Below are positions 40,575 to 54,872 of a DNA stretch of 64,000 nt, one piece after another. The translations under genes and the position numbers were made by a program. This DNA comes from Octopus sinensis. Lineage: Eukaryota. The stretch covers positions 70,122,001 through 70,186,000 of the forward strand of contig NC_042999.1 of NCBI RefSeq assembly GCF_006345805.1. Reading direction: 5' to 3'. Each line of letters starts with the position of its first letter. The first letter of the stretch is position 1. The notes under the pieces were generated by a model. The model was not told where the DNA came from. It saw only the letters and a list, made by a program, of their open reading frames with translations, and ran no database searches.

Positions 40575-42112
40575 TACATTCATATATGTACATACCTACA
40601 TATATATGTGCATGGATATTTGGGTACAGGACATCAAAAAAAAAACGTAGACAGAATGAGAAACGAGAACATAAAAACAAAAACATAGAAAACGAACTTT
40701 TTTTCGAACAACGAAAAAAACAGAGAAACGAGACATGCAACATAAAGAATATTCCCTTCATCAGTTGTTCCCTGTTTTATCTACTCTGCGTAGATTCGCG
40801 ACTATCTTTAAAACAGTCCTTCCCGCAAAGCAAATTAAATAAAATTTGGGATTTTTTGCGGAGGGTGAAGGTGGTAACAAAATCAGGACATGTATGTGTG
40901 TGTGTGTGTGTGGGCTTCTTTCAGTTTCAGTCAACCAAATCCATTCATAAGGCTTTGGTTGGCCCAAGGCTAAAGTAGAAGACACGTGCTCAGAGTGTCA
41001 CGCAGTAGGACTGAACCAAGAGCCATGTAGTTGAGAATCAAACTTCTTAGTACACATCCACATCTGCACCTCTCATCTTTTCCATGTGTTATTTCCGTTC
41101 AAGACCATCACCTAGTATCATGGGTACTTTTATCAAAGTTCACTCTGAACAAGCATTCAGACCAGATATCTGGTTTGAGAATATCTTCCTCTCACCAATA
41201 ACCGAGGCCCTGTAAAAGTTCACGAGAGCAGCCTTCCCTTTGGAATTTGAGAAGAAAATATAGAAATTCTTAGAGATACTCGAGAAGGAGCGGAGATTGG
41301 TGGAGGTTTTGATTAGCTTCCCCTTAAAAGACAATTTTTTTCTTAATTTTATTTTTTATTTTTCGTATTCTATTGGTTCAAATACCTGAGATGACCATTC
41401 TGGTAAAAAGGGGGAAAAATCAGAAATTCGAAGAGATTTTCGGTAGCAAGAAGGGGTTTGGGCGGAGTTTAGGAGTAGTTTTCCCTTAAGAGACAATTTT
41501 TAATTTATTTCTTTTATATTATTATTTTTATTTTTTATATTCCATTGTTTCAAACACTACTCTGGAGAAAGAAATTCAGAATTATATTTTTACCGATTTT
41601 TTTTTTGATTTTTTTGCTCTCCATAGCAGAATTTCGATGTAGCCCCCGCCCTTCTTTCCTTAAAAGTGTTTTTTTTTTCTTGGTGGTGGGGTTTCGTTTT
41701 GAAGTATTTCAGTGTTTCAAATAGCTGAAAATTTTTTTAATACATTTTTTGGTTTTTGGTCACATTTTCCTAATCCCGTGCTCTTGTGTTCCAAACGCTG
41801 ACATTTTTCCTGAGGGTAAGAAAATATTTTATCCCTTAACAATTAATAACATCCTACAAAGTTCCTTGAGATCCATAATGGAAGGAGCCACGCCCATATC
41901 CTAGATCGCGTCAATAGAAAGGACCTTCACGTCTTACTATTAGATTTTTTTGAATTGTTTTCATAATTAAACCCTTCTAAGTGTTTCTTTGTTTTTATCA
42001 TAATTTATGTTTTTTAAACGAAAGTATAGCTGACTCTTATAACACCATTTCAACTTAAAATTACTAGTTTTACATTTTTAAATACTTATTAATTACATAA
42101 ATGTTCAGTTAT

Positions 42113-42229
<117 letters not shown>

Positions 42230-43888
42230 CTTGATACATGTACTTTTAAAACCAAATGAGTTTTTTTCTCTCTCGTTAAAGAAAACAATACTTTCGTTTC
42301 CGTTTTGACATTTAGAGGAAACCACGATGTTTACTTAATATATTTTTCTACTTTAAACTTGATATGTAATTCTCTTTCCATTTATCAAATTTAATTCTCC
42401 ATATTTACCAGGTTTTTGGTGGCGTTTTTTTTTTTGTTTTGTTTTGTTTTTTTCACGAGAATGATAAAATGAGAATTCGTTTCGGAAAGTAAACAAAAAT
42501 ACAAATGGAAAATTTTCGAAAGAGAAATTTATGAATGGAGGTGTATGCTTCTGCAGACGATATTTAAAATTCGAAAGACCGCTACATCGCGAGGAAATTG
42601 GGCGAATGGATTTGCAGTTGCATAAAATTATTTTGATTTGTTACAAATGACGCACGATGGAGCCTCGATGTTGTTCTTGGATCTGCTAAATATATATGAA
42701 AAAATCCTTTGATACACTCACATATACCATATTGGTTTCAAATTTTGACACAAGGTCAGCAATTCCAGAGGGAGAAGTAAGTAGATTACATCGATCCCCA
42801 ATGTTCAATTTCTACTTATTTTATCGACCCCGAAAGGTTTGAACGGCAAAGTCAACTTCGGCGGAATTTGAACTCGGAACGTAAAGACGACGAATTGCCG
42901 CAAGGCATTTTGGTCGGCGTGCTAACGATTCTGCCAGTTCGCCGTTTTGTGTGAGTATACTATTTGGTTTCGAATTTTGTCACAAAGCCAGCAATTCGAG
43001 GGGAAGGGTAATTCGATTACATCTTACAGCGACCCCATTGCTCAACTGGTACTCATTTTATCGACCCCAAAAGCTTGAAAGGCAAAGCGACGTCGGCGTA
43101 ATTCGATCTAGAAATGTAAACGATGAAATGCCACTAAGAATTTTGGTTGGCGTACTAACGGTTCTCCAAGCTCACCGCCTTTTTCTACTCTAAGCACACA
43201 AGGGCCGTAATTTGGAGCGTGGAGGCCAGTCGATTAGATCGACCCCTGTACGCAATTGGTAATTAATTTATCGATTCCGAAAGGATGAAAGGCAAAGTCG
43301 ACATCGGCAGAATTTGAACTAAGAACGTAAAGACAGACGAAATATATATATATATATATATTTAAGAGTTCAACACATGTTACAAATGTTTCAATAACAG
43401 GCCGATTTATTTGCACTCGTTGTATTACAACATATGATGTGATGCTACATAGTTTCCATTATTTTATATGCTAAGTTTTCTGCCATTTGATCAAATACGC
43501 ATGAGCTATACTAGACTATAGCTCGTATTGAGCCGTCGCTTTGCTGAACAACCTGCGTAGATGATTTACTTACAGTGATCAAATATTTTTTTGTGGTACA
43601 TTAGGTCACTCCTTCCATCAAATCAACATTGCCTGTATAGGTGCATGATGTGTCACACGTCAGTTATCACAGTGATCGCAGGATATTAGGATATTGAGAA
43701 TATTAGGCTTAGCCTACCATACTGGTCTATACGGCGTCTTTTCTAGCGGACCGTTCCAAGCATAGGATTTTGATGGCAAGAGTTTTCTTCCTCTTTTATT
43801 GGGCCTGATTGTTCGAGAGCACCCACGATGGTGCGTGAAGAATTTTTCCCAGGTCCCAAGGAGGAACTGCCACACAAATATATATATA

Positions 43889-43937
<49 letters not shown>

Positions 43938-44089
43938 ATATATATATATTCATATATATACATATATATACACATATACACACAGACACACACACACATA
44001 TACATACACACATATACGTATATATATGTACTCATGCATGTATAAACTACTGCTACGCACACGCGTGTGTGCGCAGCAGCAACAGTAGC

Positions 44090-44145
<56 letters not shown>

Positions 44146-44558
44146 GTATGCCACTATTAGTTATACACACACACACACACACTCACACACATACACGTTC
44201 ATGTGCCTCGAAAGAAAATCATTCCTATCTTTAGATGTTAGGGATGCAAGGGGATGGAATAAATACTAACACATCCAAGGCGTGAAATCTTAGATGAAAC
44301 AAGAAAGGCTGATGACGATACCATCGTACTTTTCCCATATACCAAACACCAGGTACAGTGTTACGTCACAAATACAAGTCAATACCCTAATATAGTAACC
44401 GTAACTATAAATGAAAATAGTAAAAGAGTAACGGGTACAGTTAGAAGTGGTAGGAGATACACATATATGACACTTAAACTAGAATAAATTAAAGTATTTA
44501 TAGAGAGACAATATGTTATAGATCAAGCGGATACTTCTGATTTCCTCACAGAGCATCA

Positions 44559-44803
44559 AATCAGCGAACGATAATTTTACCACTTCATAAGGATCTAATT
44601 TATCGCTAGCATTACTCCCAGAGGACTTGTTGCCTATTTTCTTTTCATTTATGTTCACGTATTTTCATTAATGCTCCCGCAAAAGCAACTTTCACAGCAC
44701 GAGCCAAACACGGGAGCGTCAGTGAGCACCCGAACGCGCGAGTGTGTGTGTGTGCACGAGTGCTCGTTCAATTTCCTTCAAATCACGCCCTACTCTTTGT
44801 GTG

Positions 44804-44843
<40 letters not shown>

Positions 44844-45421
44844 TATGCATGTGTGTGCGTGTGTGTGTATGTGTGTGTGAGAGAGAGAGAGAGAGCGAGA
44901 GAGTATGGGTATACTCTTTACTCTTTTACTTGTTTCAGTCATTTGACTGCGGCCATGCTGGAGCACCGCCTTTAGTCGACCAAATTGACCCCGGGACTTA
45001 TTCTTTGTAAGCCCAGGACTTATTCTATCGGTCTCTTTTGCCGAACCGCTAAGTTACGGGGACGTAAACACACCAGCATCGGTTGTCAAGCAATGCTAGA
45101 GGGACAATCAGCGAACGATAATTTTACCACTTCATAAGGATCTAATTTATCGCTAGCATTACTCCCAGAGGACTTGTTGCCTATTTTCTTTTCATTTATG
45201 TTCACGTATTTTCATTAATGCTCCCGCAAAAGCAACTTTCACAGCACGAGCCAAACACGGGAGCGTCAGTGAGCACCCGAACGCGCGAGTGTGTGTGTGT
45301 TCACGAGTGCTCGTTCAATTTCCTTCAAATCACGCCCTACTCTTTGTGTGTGTGTGCGTGTGTGTGTGTGGTGTGTGTGTGTGTGTGTATGTGCGTATGC
45401 ATGTGTGTGCGTGTGTGTGTA

Positions 45422-45465
<44 letters not shown>

Positions 45466-45675
45466 TATGGGTATACTCTTTACTCTTTTACTCTTTTACT
45501 TGTTTCAGTCATTTGACTGCGGCCATGCTGGAGCACCGCCTTTAGTCGACCAAATTGACCCCGGGACTTATTCTTTGTAAGCCCAGGACTTATTCTATCG
45601 GTCTCTTTTGCCGAACCGCTAAGTTACGGGGACGTAAACACACCAGCATCGGTTGTCAAGCAATGCTAGAGGGAC
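44559..45675. repeat. Direct tandem duplication (44559-45105 and 45106-45675)
   Basis: Near-identical units differing mainly in microsatellite length. The first unit truncates a SINE B that is complete in the second. Confidence 0.93.
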
Positions 45676-46104
45676 AAACACTGACAAACATCTACACACA
45701 CATACATATATATATATACATACATTCGACGGGCTTCTTTCAGTTTCCGTCAACCAAATCCACTCACAAGGCTTTGGTCGGCCCGAGGCTATAGCAGAAG
45801 ACACTTGCCCAAGATGCCACGCAGTGGGACTGAACCCGGAACCATGTGGTTGGTTAGCAAGCTACTTACCACACAGCCACTCCTATGTGTGAAAGAGAGA
45901 CTGGTTACATAAATGGTAAAAATGCTTCAATACATACAGTGAAGTTTATCCGTTTCATGTTGATTCATTTCTATCATTTTCAAGCGACAAATATATACAT
46001 ATACGTGCGCGCGCGCACGCACACACACACATATATACATATAAACATACGTACATACACACACACATACATATACATACAAACACATACATACATATAC
46101 GTAT

Positions 46105-46485
46105 GAGTGGCTGTGTGGTAAGTAGCTTGCTTACCAACCACATGGTTCCGGGTTCAGTCCCAATGCGTGGAACCTTGGGCAAGTGTCTTCTACTATAGCC
46201 TCGAGCCAACCAAAGCCTTGTATGTGGATTTGGTTGACGGAAACTGAAAGAAGCCCGTCGTATATATGTGTGTATGTGTGTGCGTGTGTGCTTATCCCCC
46301 CAACATCACTTGACAACCGATGGTGGTGTGTTTACGTCCCCGTCACTTAGCGGTTCGGCAAAAGAGCTCGATAGAAGAAGTACTAGGCTGCTAAAGAATA
46401 AGTCCTGGGGTCAATTTGTTCGACTAAAGGCGGTGTTCCAGCATGACCGCAGTCAAATAAGTGAAACAAATAAAAGAGTAAAAGA
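46105..46485 (+). mobile_element. SINE family B
   Basis: Complete head, core and tail. Confidence 0.85.
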
Positions 46486-46600
46486 TAATATACATACAGA
46501 CACACACACACATACAAGTATACATGCATGCATACCAATGTACACACACATACATACATACATACATACATACATACATACATACATACATACATACATA

Positions 46601-47235
46601 AAATGTGATAACCGATGCAAACTTTGTAGAGTTAACACCGAAGATATCACCCACATCATAAGCAGTTGTCCAAAAATGTCATCACAGTATTATCTACCGA
46701 TGAGACATGTTTTAGCTGGAACACTCAATAATGAAATCTGTCGGAAGGATAAACTCGAGGACAAAGAAATAAGAACCTACAGTATGGTAGAAGTCATAGC
46801 CACTCATAGTAAAACGGAGTACAGGTGGAATGTCCCAGTGTAGACCTCAATAAAATGTAAGCTATGTACAGTTGGGGAAACTGGCTACCCAGAGGATGTT
46901 AACATAAAGCTGAAGATCAGTGAAAAAGACACTACCTACGCTGAACTATTGAGGAATCTGCAATTACTTATCCAGATTAAAAGTTCGGGTTTATACCTGT
47001 AATTATTGGAGCCCTGGGATATATAACACACTGCCTACATACCAATCTTGAGGAATTAGGCTTCTCAAAAACAGAGAGGAGAAAGCTAATTCGAAGACTA
47101 CAGATCCAGTCCATCACTGGAACTGTAAACATTTGTAAAACTTTCCAGTTTATCATTTAAATATATATGAGCATGTCTAGATATGCATCTATATGCATGA
47201 GAATACATACATAAAACATACAAATCTGCACACAC
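46601..47235 (+). mobile_element. RLE-type non-LTR retrotransposon, short 3' copy
   Basis: CDNRCKLCRVNTEDITHIISSCPKM..YYLPMRH zinc knuckle; same 3' end as 47269-48790. Confidence 0.85.
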
Positions 47236-47268
47236 ACACACATACATACATACATACATACATACATA

Positions 47269-48790
47269 CAATATTCTCAAAGGATGTAAGTTTGGAGTTT
47301 GGTCAGGTTAAATGTTGCTATATGGTTCTTAAAAGGGGGAAAACTATAAACCAGGCTAGTAGCATCTCCGTCAATGATTTGACTGTTTTCCCTGTATCTT
47401 ACGAGGAATGTTCCGGTATCAAGGAGTGGATGAAAATATATCTTACAGTAGCACCTGTAACAAAACACTAAAGAATATTAGAGCCGGATAAAGAAAATTG
47501 GAACTTCAGAACTCTCTGCATTCAATAAAACAGAGTGGCCCACAATGTGTTTGCAGTGCCAGTATTCATACTACCATTTGGGCTGCTTGATTGGATGCTT
47601 GATGAGATCCGAGCCATTGATGTGAAAACCCGAAAAATACTAACAAGCACACATAATTTCCACATAAACAGTGATGTAGACCACCTGTACTTAAAACGTA
47701 AACAAGGCGGCATGCCTTTGAATGTCGCACTATTTCCCTTCGGCAACATCTTTTAACCACTAAGTGTCGAAGTGCATCCCTTGACCAAGCTTGCATACAT
47801 GAAGCTGATAACATCATAAGACTTGTAAGGAAGCTCCTTGAGCAACACTCTTTGTCTGATAACCTAGAATGCATGCCCAAAATGTCGCACGATTCTACCG
47901 CGACATATCATCAGATGAAAGGATGAGCCTTTATGAGCAGAAGACTGTGCATGGATATGTTAGTAGAAAGCTCCCTGATGATAGAAACATCGATCACCAA
48001 AGCGGTTTATCATGGACGAATAGCCGGATTATTACCTCCCACTTTGAAGGGTATGCGTTTGCAATCCAGCAAATATCAACCAAGTACCTGATGCACAAAA
48101 GGGATAGAGATGCAGGAAAAGCCGTAAAATGTGACAACCGATGCAGACTTTGTTGAGTTCACACTGAAGATATCACCCACATCATAAGCAGTTGTCCGAA
48201 AATGTCACCACGGTATTATCTACCAATGAGACATGATGTTGTAGTTAGAACACTGCATAATGGAATCCGTCGGAAGGATAATCCCGTGGACTAAGAAATA
48301 AAAACCTACAATATGGTAGAAGCCATAGCTACTCATAATGAAATGGAATACTGGTGGAATGTAAGCACAACAGACCTAATATAATGATTTGGGATAGAAA
48401 ACAGAAGCTGTGCACAGTTGTGGAAATTAGCTTTCCAGAGGATGTTAACATAAAGCTGAAGATCAGTGAAAAAGAGAACACTTATGCTGAACTGTTGAGG
48501 AATCTACAGTTACTCTATCCAGATTACAAGTTCAGGTTTATACCTGTAATTATTGGAGCCCTGGGATATATAACACACTGCCTAAATACCAATCTTGAGA
48601 AATTAAGCTCCTCAAAACCAGAAAGGAGAAAGCTAATTCGAAGACTACACATCCAATCCATTACTGGAACTGTAACAATCTGTAAAACTTTCCAGAAGTT
48701 TATCATTTAAATATATATGAGCATGTCTAGATATGCAACTATATGCATGTGAATACATACATAAAACATACAAATCTGCACGCACATACA
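47269..48790 (+). mobile_element. RLE-type (R4/Dong-like) non-LTR retrotransposon, 5'-truncated and decayed
   Basis: RT-thumb region (DEIRAIDVKTRKILT..LYLKRKQGG), CCHC knuckle CRLC..THIISSC..RHD, nuclease HNRPNIMIWD..VVEIS..K, GALG, ending ICKTFQKFII*. Confidence 0.88.
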
Positions 48791-49213
48791 TACATACATA
48801 CATACATACATACATACATACATACATACATACATACATACATACATACAAAAATACCCTGTTGCTGATGTTGAAATTCCAATGAAGGCCCTTGGATCTA
48901 GGTTAGAAACCAGCTCTTTCTCTATTGGCAAGAAGTCTTGAAATGAAACTGAACAATGACGTACATACATACATACATACATAGAAGAAATGCTAATTAT
49001 GTAGTCAAGGTAAGCAGTGATTGCCCAGACTAAAACTGTAACATTTAAATTATTTAAATGCTAGTTTACTCACTACAGTCCTTTTATGTGCTTACTACAA
49101 AATTTTACAACTGCTTACGCCGGCGTCGCACATAATCAGGTCTAGTTTCGATATTGATTTCCTGTCATGAAGTAAAAACTCCCAAAGTCATTTCAGGGTT
49201 GTCTCTCTTGCAG

Positions 49214-49284
49214 TACACGTTGCTGATGATAGCCAGTTAACTAGAAATACATTTACCGTTCCACAAGAGAGTGCCATGAAATGA
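49214..49284 (+). CDS. Candidate terminal coding exon
   Basis: Strong acceptor ttgtctctcttgcag|; phase-1 frame HVADDSQLTRNTFTVPQESAMK*; followed by unique AT-rich, UTR-like sequence. Confidence 0.25.
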
Positions 49285-50347
49285 CTGTTGGTGTTTTCAA
49301 CACCCATTGCCAAAAACGAGAATTTTCTCAATGCCAAATAGCAGTGAATATGGCATTTTTTGAGATCAAATACGTCCTATACACATTCTAACTGATCTAA
49401 ATGTTTATTTAAATGATTAAAGCTATAAAAGATTTTCAGATACCGAATACCAAGCAGTTAATGCACGGTATTCGATGTACAACTCAGTAAATTGCCTCTA
49501 TATTTATATGAGAAAGGCACAACTCCCCCTACCTTTCAAGTTCAATGTATATAATATGAGAGGAACTATAAAAAACACTGTGATCTCTAGAATTATAGTT
49601 GCTATGAAGGCAGGGATTATCTTACCTTCATTTTAAGTCAATGCAGAAGGAGGAGTGCCTGTGCGTTTGTGTGTTTGCGTGCGTGTGGTAGTGTCATATT
49701 GCATGTATTTTACACTGAGCTTAAGCTATGTTACGTTATATTGCGCCTGTGTTTGCATAAATTAATTGAGCTAATTTTCAGAAACGCTTATTTTATTTCT
49801 TAAGTGTATTGATAAAACTAATAATAAATATACATTTTAGTGTGTATGTATACACACACAAATACACGCATACATATATATATATATACATATATATTAT
49901 ACATTACATATATATATATACATACTACATAATATAGATACATACATATACATACATATATATTACATACACATATACATACATATATATATATAATCAT
50001 ATATATATATATATAATATATGTATGTATTATTTATGTATTTATGTATGTATTTATGTATGTATGTATGTATGTATGTATATTGTATGTTTGGAGAGAGT
50101 AAGAGAAACAGGGATAGAGAGAGGGGGGGAGGGAATGACAAAAAAATTTGTGTGGGTTGTATGTACGAACTCCTCTAAAAAATAGCGTAAACAACATTAT
50201 ATATGCTACATGGAACTTTGTATATATAACAGTATTTATGTTTGTTTAAATGTATATGAACATACAACCTACTGAACTTTATATGTATAGGCAGTATATA
50301 ATATGTATGAGTGTACAAAAGTATGTGTGTATATGTATGTATGTATG

Positions 50348-50428
<81 letters not shown>

Positions 50429-50885
50429 AGGTATCCATACGCACACCACATACGCGGTCATACTCCTTTTGCACTGAAATACAAAAATAAAAAAATGTAT
50501 AACTCAGTACATTTCTTGTTAAAATTTTAACATATTGCCTCATAGCGACGAAACCTTTTGTTAGCAATATATTACATTTATGCCTACATTGGTTATCAAC
50601 TCAATGCATGTCTTTGGTTACACAAACATATACACACGCATCATAAATATATATATATAATTTTAAATTCGGGGATACACCCAGTAGTATGCCGTTTAAA
50701 GCCCGTTCATAGTTTTCGGCTACCTCTCATCAACAGTATGGAGGTATAAATCACCAGTGCACGATGGGTCGAAACGATCGTGGTGAATAAACAAAGAGTC
50801 TCGTAAATTCCATTTTCATTCTCTCATATTTTCTCTCTCTCTCTCTCTCTATCTCTCTCTCCCTTATATATATATATATATATAA

Positions 50886-50923
<38 letters not shown>

Positions 50924-50949
50924 ATATATATATTATATAATATATACTC

Positions 50950-51975
50950 CTTGTGATCATGTTAAACTGTCGTATGTCCATTGCTATTGCGGGTTCTTTC
51001 GGTCAAACTATCGTATCTCCAGCTCCTTCAAGATGCCAAGATATCAAAAATTGTCAAAGCGTAGTACAACAGTTTTGCTATGGAATGGTGTCTGAAAAGA
51101 CACCCACATAGATTGCACATTCGATTTGGACCACCAACAGTTACTGATCTTTGTAGATCTTAAAATGTCTTTTAAGGCCTCCGTTAGATTTTCAAACCTT
51201 CTGGCATACACTGCATTCAAAGGTGTGCACAGACATATAGGCAGAATAGTTGGTGGAAGTTCGTTTCCCGGGGGTTCGCAAATGAGATTTGAGCCTAGTA
51301 AAAGAAAAGCATGGTCTATCGCAAACTGTGCACACAAAAAGGCCATTGTCATTCACCTTCTCGATCGTAACATTCTTCCTTAGATCTCTTTTGGGTCTTA
51401 CATGCGTTATCCTGGCCTCTTCAAATGCTTTCACTCCACTCCACAATTTGTTCGCCATCCAACTCGATCCGAAGCAAGAGTTTCTATATCGTCTGGATCC
51501 ACTCCAAGTGACTTCATAGTAGTCCTTATGCCGTCCTTAAACCTTTTCTTTTTTAGGTTTACGCCGATAGCGTTTCCCCTCTGCAAGCTCACCATAAAAC
51601 AGCTGTTTCGGCGTGTGTTCATCCGCCATTCGAACAATATGGCCACACCACCTCATTTGGTTCATCAAAATAATACCTTTAATTGAGATGATGCCTGCAG
51701 ATGCAAGGACATCTGTGTTTGGAATAAAAGGACTACATTTAATGTTTAAAATGTGATTAAGGCATTTTTGGTAGAATTGTTCTAAGAGTTTAAAAGTCCA
51801 AGTTTCACAAGAATACAACACGTTGAGTAAGACAAGTGATTTGTAAAGAGCCAGCTTTGTATTCTTATTTATATGTCGCTGGCACCAAACGCGTGACTCC
51901 AAGCCACCAAATGCTTCTGCTGCTCTTTGAATTCGCAGATGTATTTCTGTATCAAGATTTCCAAGATGATATATA
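50950..51975 (-). mobile_element. 5'-truncated RTE-clade LINE with C-terminal C2H2 fingers
   Basis: TKLALYKSLVL..LYSCETW, RWCGHIVRM, KQLFYGEL..GKR, then CTVCDRPC..LKSH, CSVCQKV..LKRH, CAICGC. Confidence 0.85.
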
Positions 51976-52621
51976 TATATGTTAAATTAGGCAGCAGTTT
52001 AGCAATGTAACACCAAAAAGGAAAATTGTAATTGTCAAAAAAAAAAAAAAAAAAGATAAGTATCGGTGGCGATTTGTTTGCCTATATCCTTCAAAGCGGT
52101 ACCCCTGTATCACCGCAGTTCAATGACTGGAACAAATAAATGATAAATGGTAAAAAAAAAAAACAAGCGACAGCACCCCACCTCCAAGACAAAGCCAAAA
52201 GCAAAAGACAACAACAAAACAAAATACAAAACAAAGCAAAACAAAAACAATCTACTTTTAGTGTAAGGACAATCACGTCCGGAAATCTGGTATAATGTTT
52301 GTTAGGTATATAGTTTCATGCAAAAGATGATTTCTTTTTCGGTGCAACGAACAAATTTCTCAAGTTACATGTTCTAATAGCAAATCCACTTGGTTAGGTA
52401 CAAATGTTCTAAATCTAAACAAAAACGCCACATTCTTTTACACTGACTTTATTCACATCAGTAAGTTTTTGTTAAATAGACATTATTAAACAAAACTGTC
52501 AAGACGAAGCCTGTCTAACGAGTGCTTCTAATAGAATTTACTACTAGATTATATATGCTTACACACCCACATGTATGTGTACGTACATATGTATACATGT
52601 TTGCATGCATATATATGTGTG

Positions 52622-52686
<65 letters not shown>

Positions 52687-52710
52687 ATAATATATATATA
52701 TATATATGGT

Positions 52711-52743
<33 letters not shown>

Positions 52744-52953
52744 TATATATATATTTAATATATATATATATATATGGTGTGTGTGTGTTTGTGTGTGTGT
52801 ATGTATATATATATATTTATATATGTATATATGTATGTATATATATATATGTATATATGTATGTATATATGTATGTATATATATATGTAGGTATATATAT
52901 GTATATATATATGTGTATATATATATGTGTGTATATATATATATGTAGGTATA

Positions 52954-53018
<65 letters not shown>

Positions 53019-53343
53019 TAAAGACTCCGCCGGTTACGACGACGAGGGTCCCAGCTGATACGATCAACGGAACAGCTTGCTCGTGAAATTAACGTGCAAA
53101 TGGCTGAGCATTCCACAGACACGTGTACCCTTAACGTAGTTCTCGGGGATAATCAGCGTGACACAGAGAGTGACAAGGCTGAACCTTTGAAATACAAGTA
53201 CAACTCATTTTTGCCAGCTGAGTGGACTGGAGCAACGTGAAATAAAGTGTCTTGCTCAAGGACACAACGCGTCGCCGGGAATCGAACTCACAACCTTACG
53301 ATCATGAGCCGAATGCCCTAACCACTAAGCCACGCGCCCTCAC
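53019..53343 (-). mobile_element. Young tRNA-derived SINE, family C
   Basis: 323/325 identical to 27035-27359 by eye. Confidence 0.9.
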
Positions 53344-53546
53344 TATGTATATATAAATATATATGTATATATGTATATATATATATATGTATATATAAGT
53401 ATATATGTATATATATATATGTATATATGTATATATATGTATGTATATATGTATATATATGTATATATGTATATATATAAGTATATATGTATATATGTGT
53501 ATATATATATGTGTGTATATATGTGTATATATATGTGTGTGTATAC

Positions 53547-53584
<38 letters not shown>

Positions 53585-53661
53585 ATATATATATGCATAT
53601 GTATATATATATATATGTGTGTATATATATATGCATATATATATATATGCATATATGTATT

Positions 53662-53694
<33 letters not shown>

Positions 53695-53926
53695 ATATTA
53701 TGTATAAATATGCATATGTATATATATATATGCATATATGTATATATATGTATAAATATGCATATGTTTATATATATGTGTATAAATATGCATATGTATA
53801 TATATATATGCATATATGTATATATATATATGTATAAATATGCATATGTATATATATATATGCATATATGTATATATATATATATAATATATATATATAT
53901 AATTATATATATATTATATTATGTAT

Positions 53927-53962
<36 letters not shown>

Positions 53963-54111
53963 ATATATATGACTGTCTTTCCCTGTTTGTACATACATAA
54001 ACATATATACATATAAACATCTGTGTATATATGGGTATGTTTGTGTGTGTTTGTGCATGTGTATGCGTGAGAGGGAGAGAAAGAGAGAGAGAGATAGCTA
54101 GATACATAGAT

Positions 54112-54175
<64 letters not shown>

Positions 54176-54480
54176 AGGGAGGGCCTGTGTTTGTGTGCAT
54201 AAGTTTCACGAATATCATTGAGTACGAAATTGGTTTCCGATATTTAGGACGCGGTATTTCTAACAAGGTAATGCAGATGCGTAGTAATTGAAACAGAAGT
54301 AAAGACAACGAGAAACAATAGAAAAAATTATGGACGATATATATTCTACATATTTATGTATATATACATATATGTGCGTGTGTATGTTGGTGTATGTAAT
54401 ATGTATACATATGTATGTGTGTGACAACCGCACGATTCTCTGAACCTATATTTTATACTACTCTTTTATGCATATATATA

Positions 54481-54705
54481 TTGGGTTGTCCGGAAAGTTC
54501 GTTCCGATCTATAGTAGCTTACCTTTCGACTTACCCTCCCAGGCACCTCAACTCTGGGAAGAGGGTATTTTCAAGTGAAAGAAAAGATGGAGACGCATTG
54601 TGCAACAAAATGGTTCATATTTGGTTGATTAAAAATGTAATGGCAAGTATTTATTGACATTTTTCTTTGCTTTAAAAATCGGCACGAACTTTCCGGACAA
54701 CCCGA
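54481..54705. mobile_element. Mariner-type MITE
   Basis: TIRs ttgggttgtccggaaagttcgttccgat / atcggcacgaactttccggacaacccga with TA flanks. Confidence 0.9.
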
Positions 54706-54732
54706 TATATATATATACATATATACATATAC

Positions 54733-54788
<56 letters not shown>

Positions 54789-54818
54789 CAATATATATGT
54801 GTGTGTGTGTATGTGTCA

Positions 54819-54872
<54 letters not shown>

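Noticed and set aside
40740-40775. Minus-strand ctgatgaaggg motif (also near 13100)
   Set aside because: No correctly placed GAAA or stem III.
41140-41334. 64-aa ORF in non-microsatellite sequence
   Set aside because: No recognisable motif or splice signals in any frame; adjacent to DNA-element-like sequence.
44325-44350. ctgatgacgataccatcgtac
   Set aside because: GAAA box replaced and no stem I found.
50751-50786. tcacc...gaaacgatcgt-ggtga hammerhead-like motif
   Set aside because: No CUGANGA box and no cleavage nucleotide; too decayed to call.
52549-54000. Numerous long YIYI/VCVC/THTH ORFs here and throughout the window
   Set aside because: Translations of (TA)n, (CA)n and (CATA)n microsatellites.
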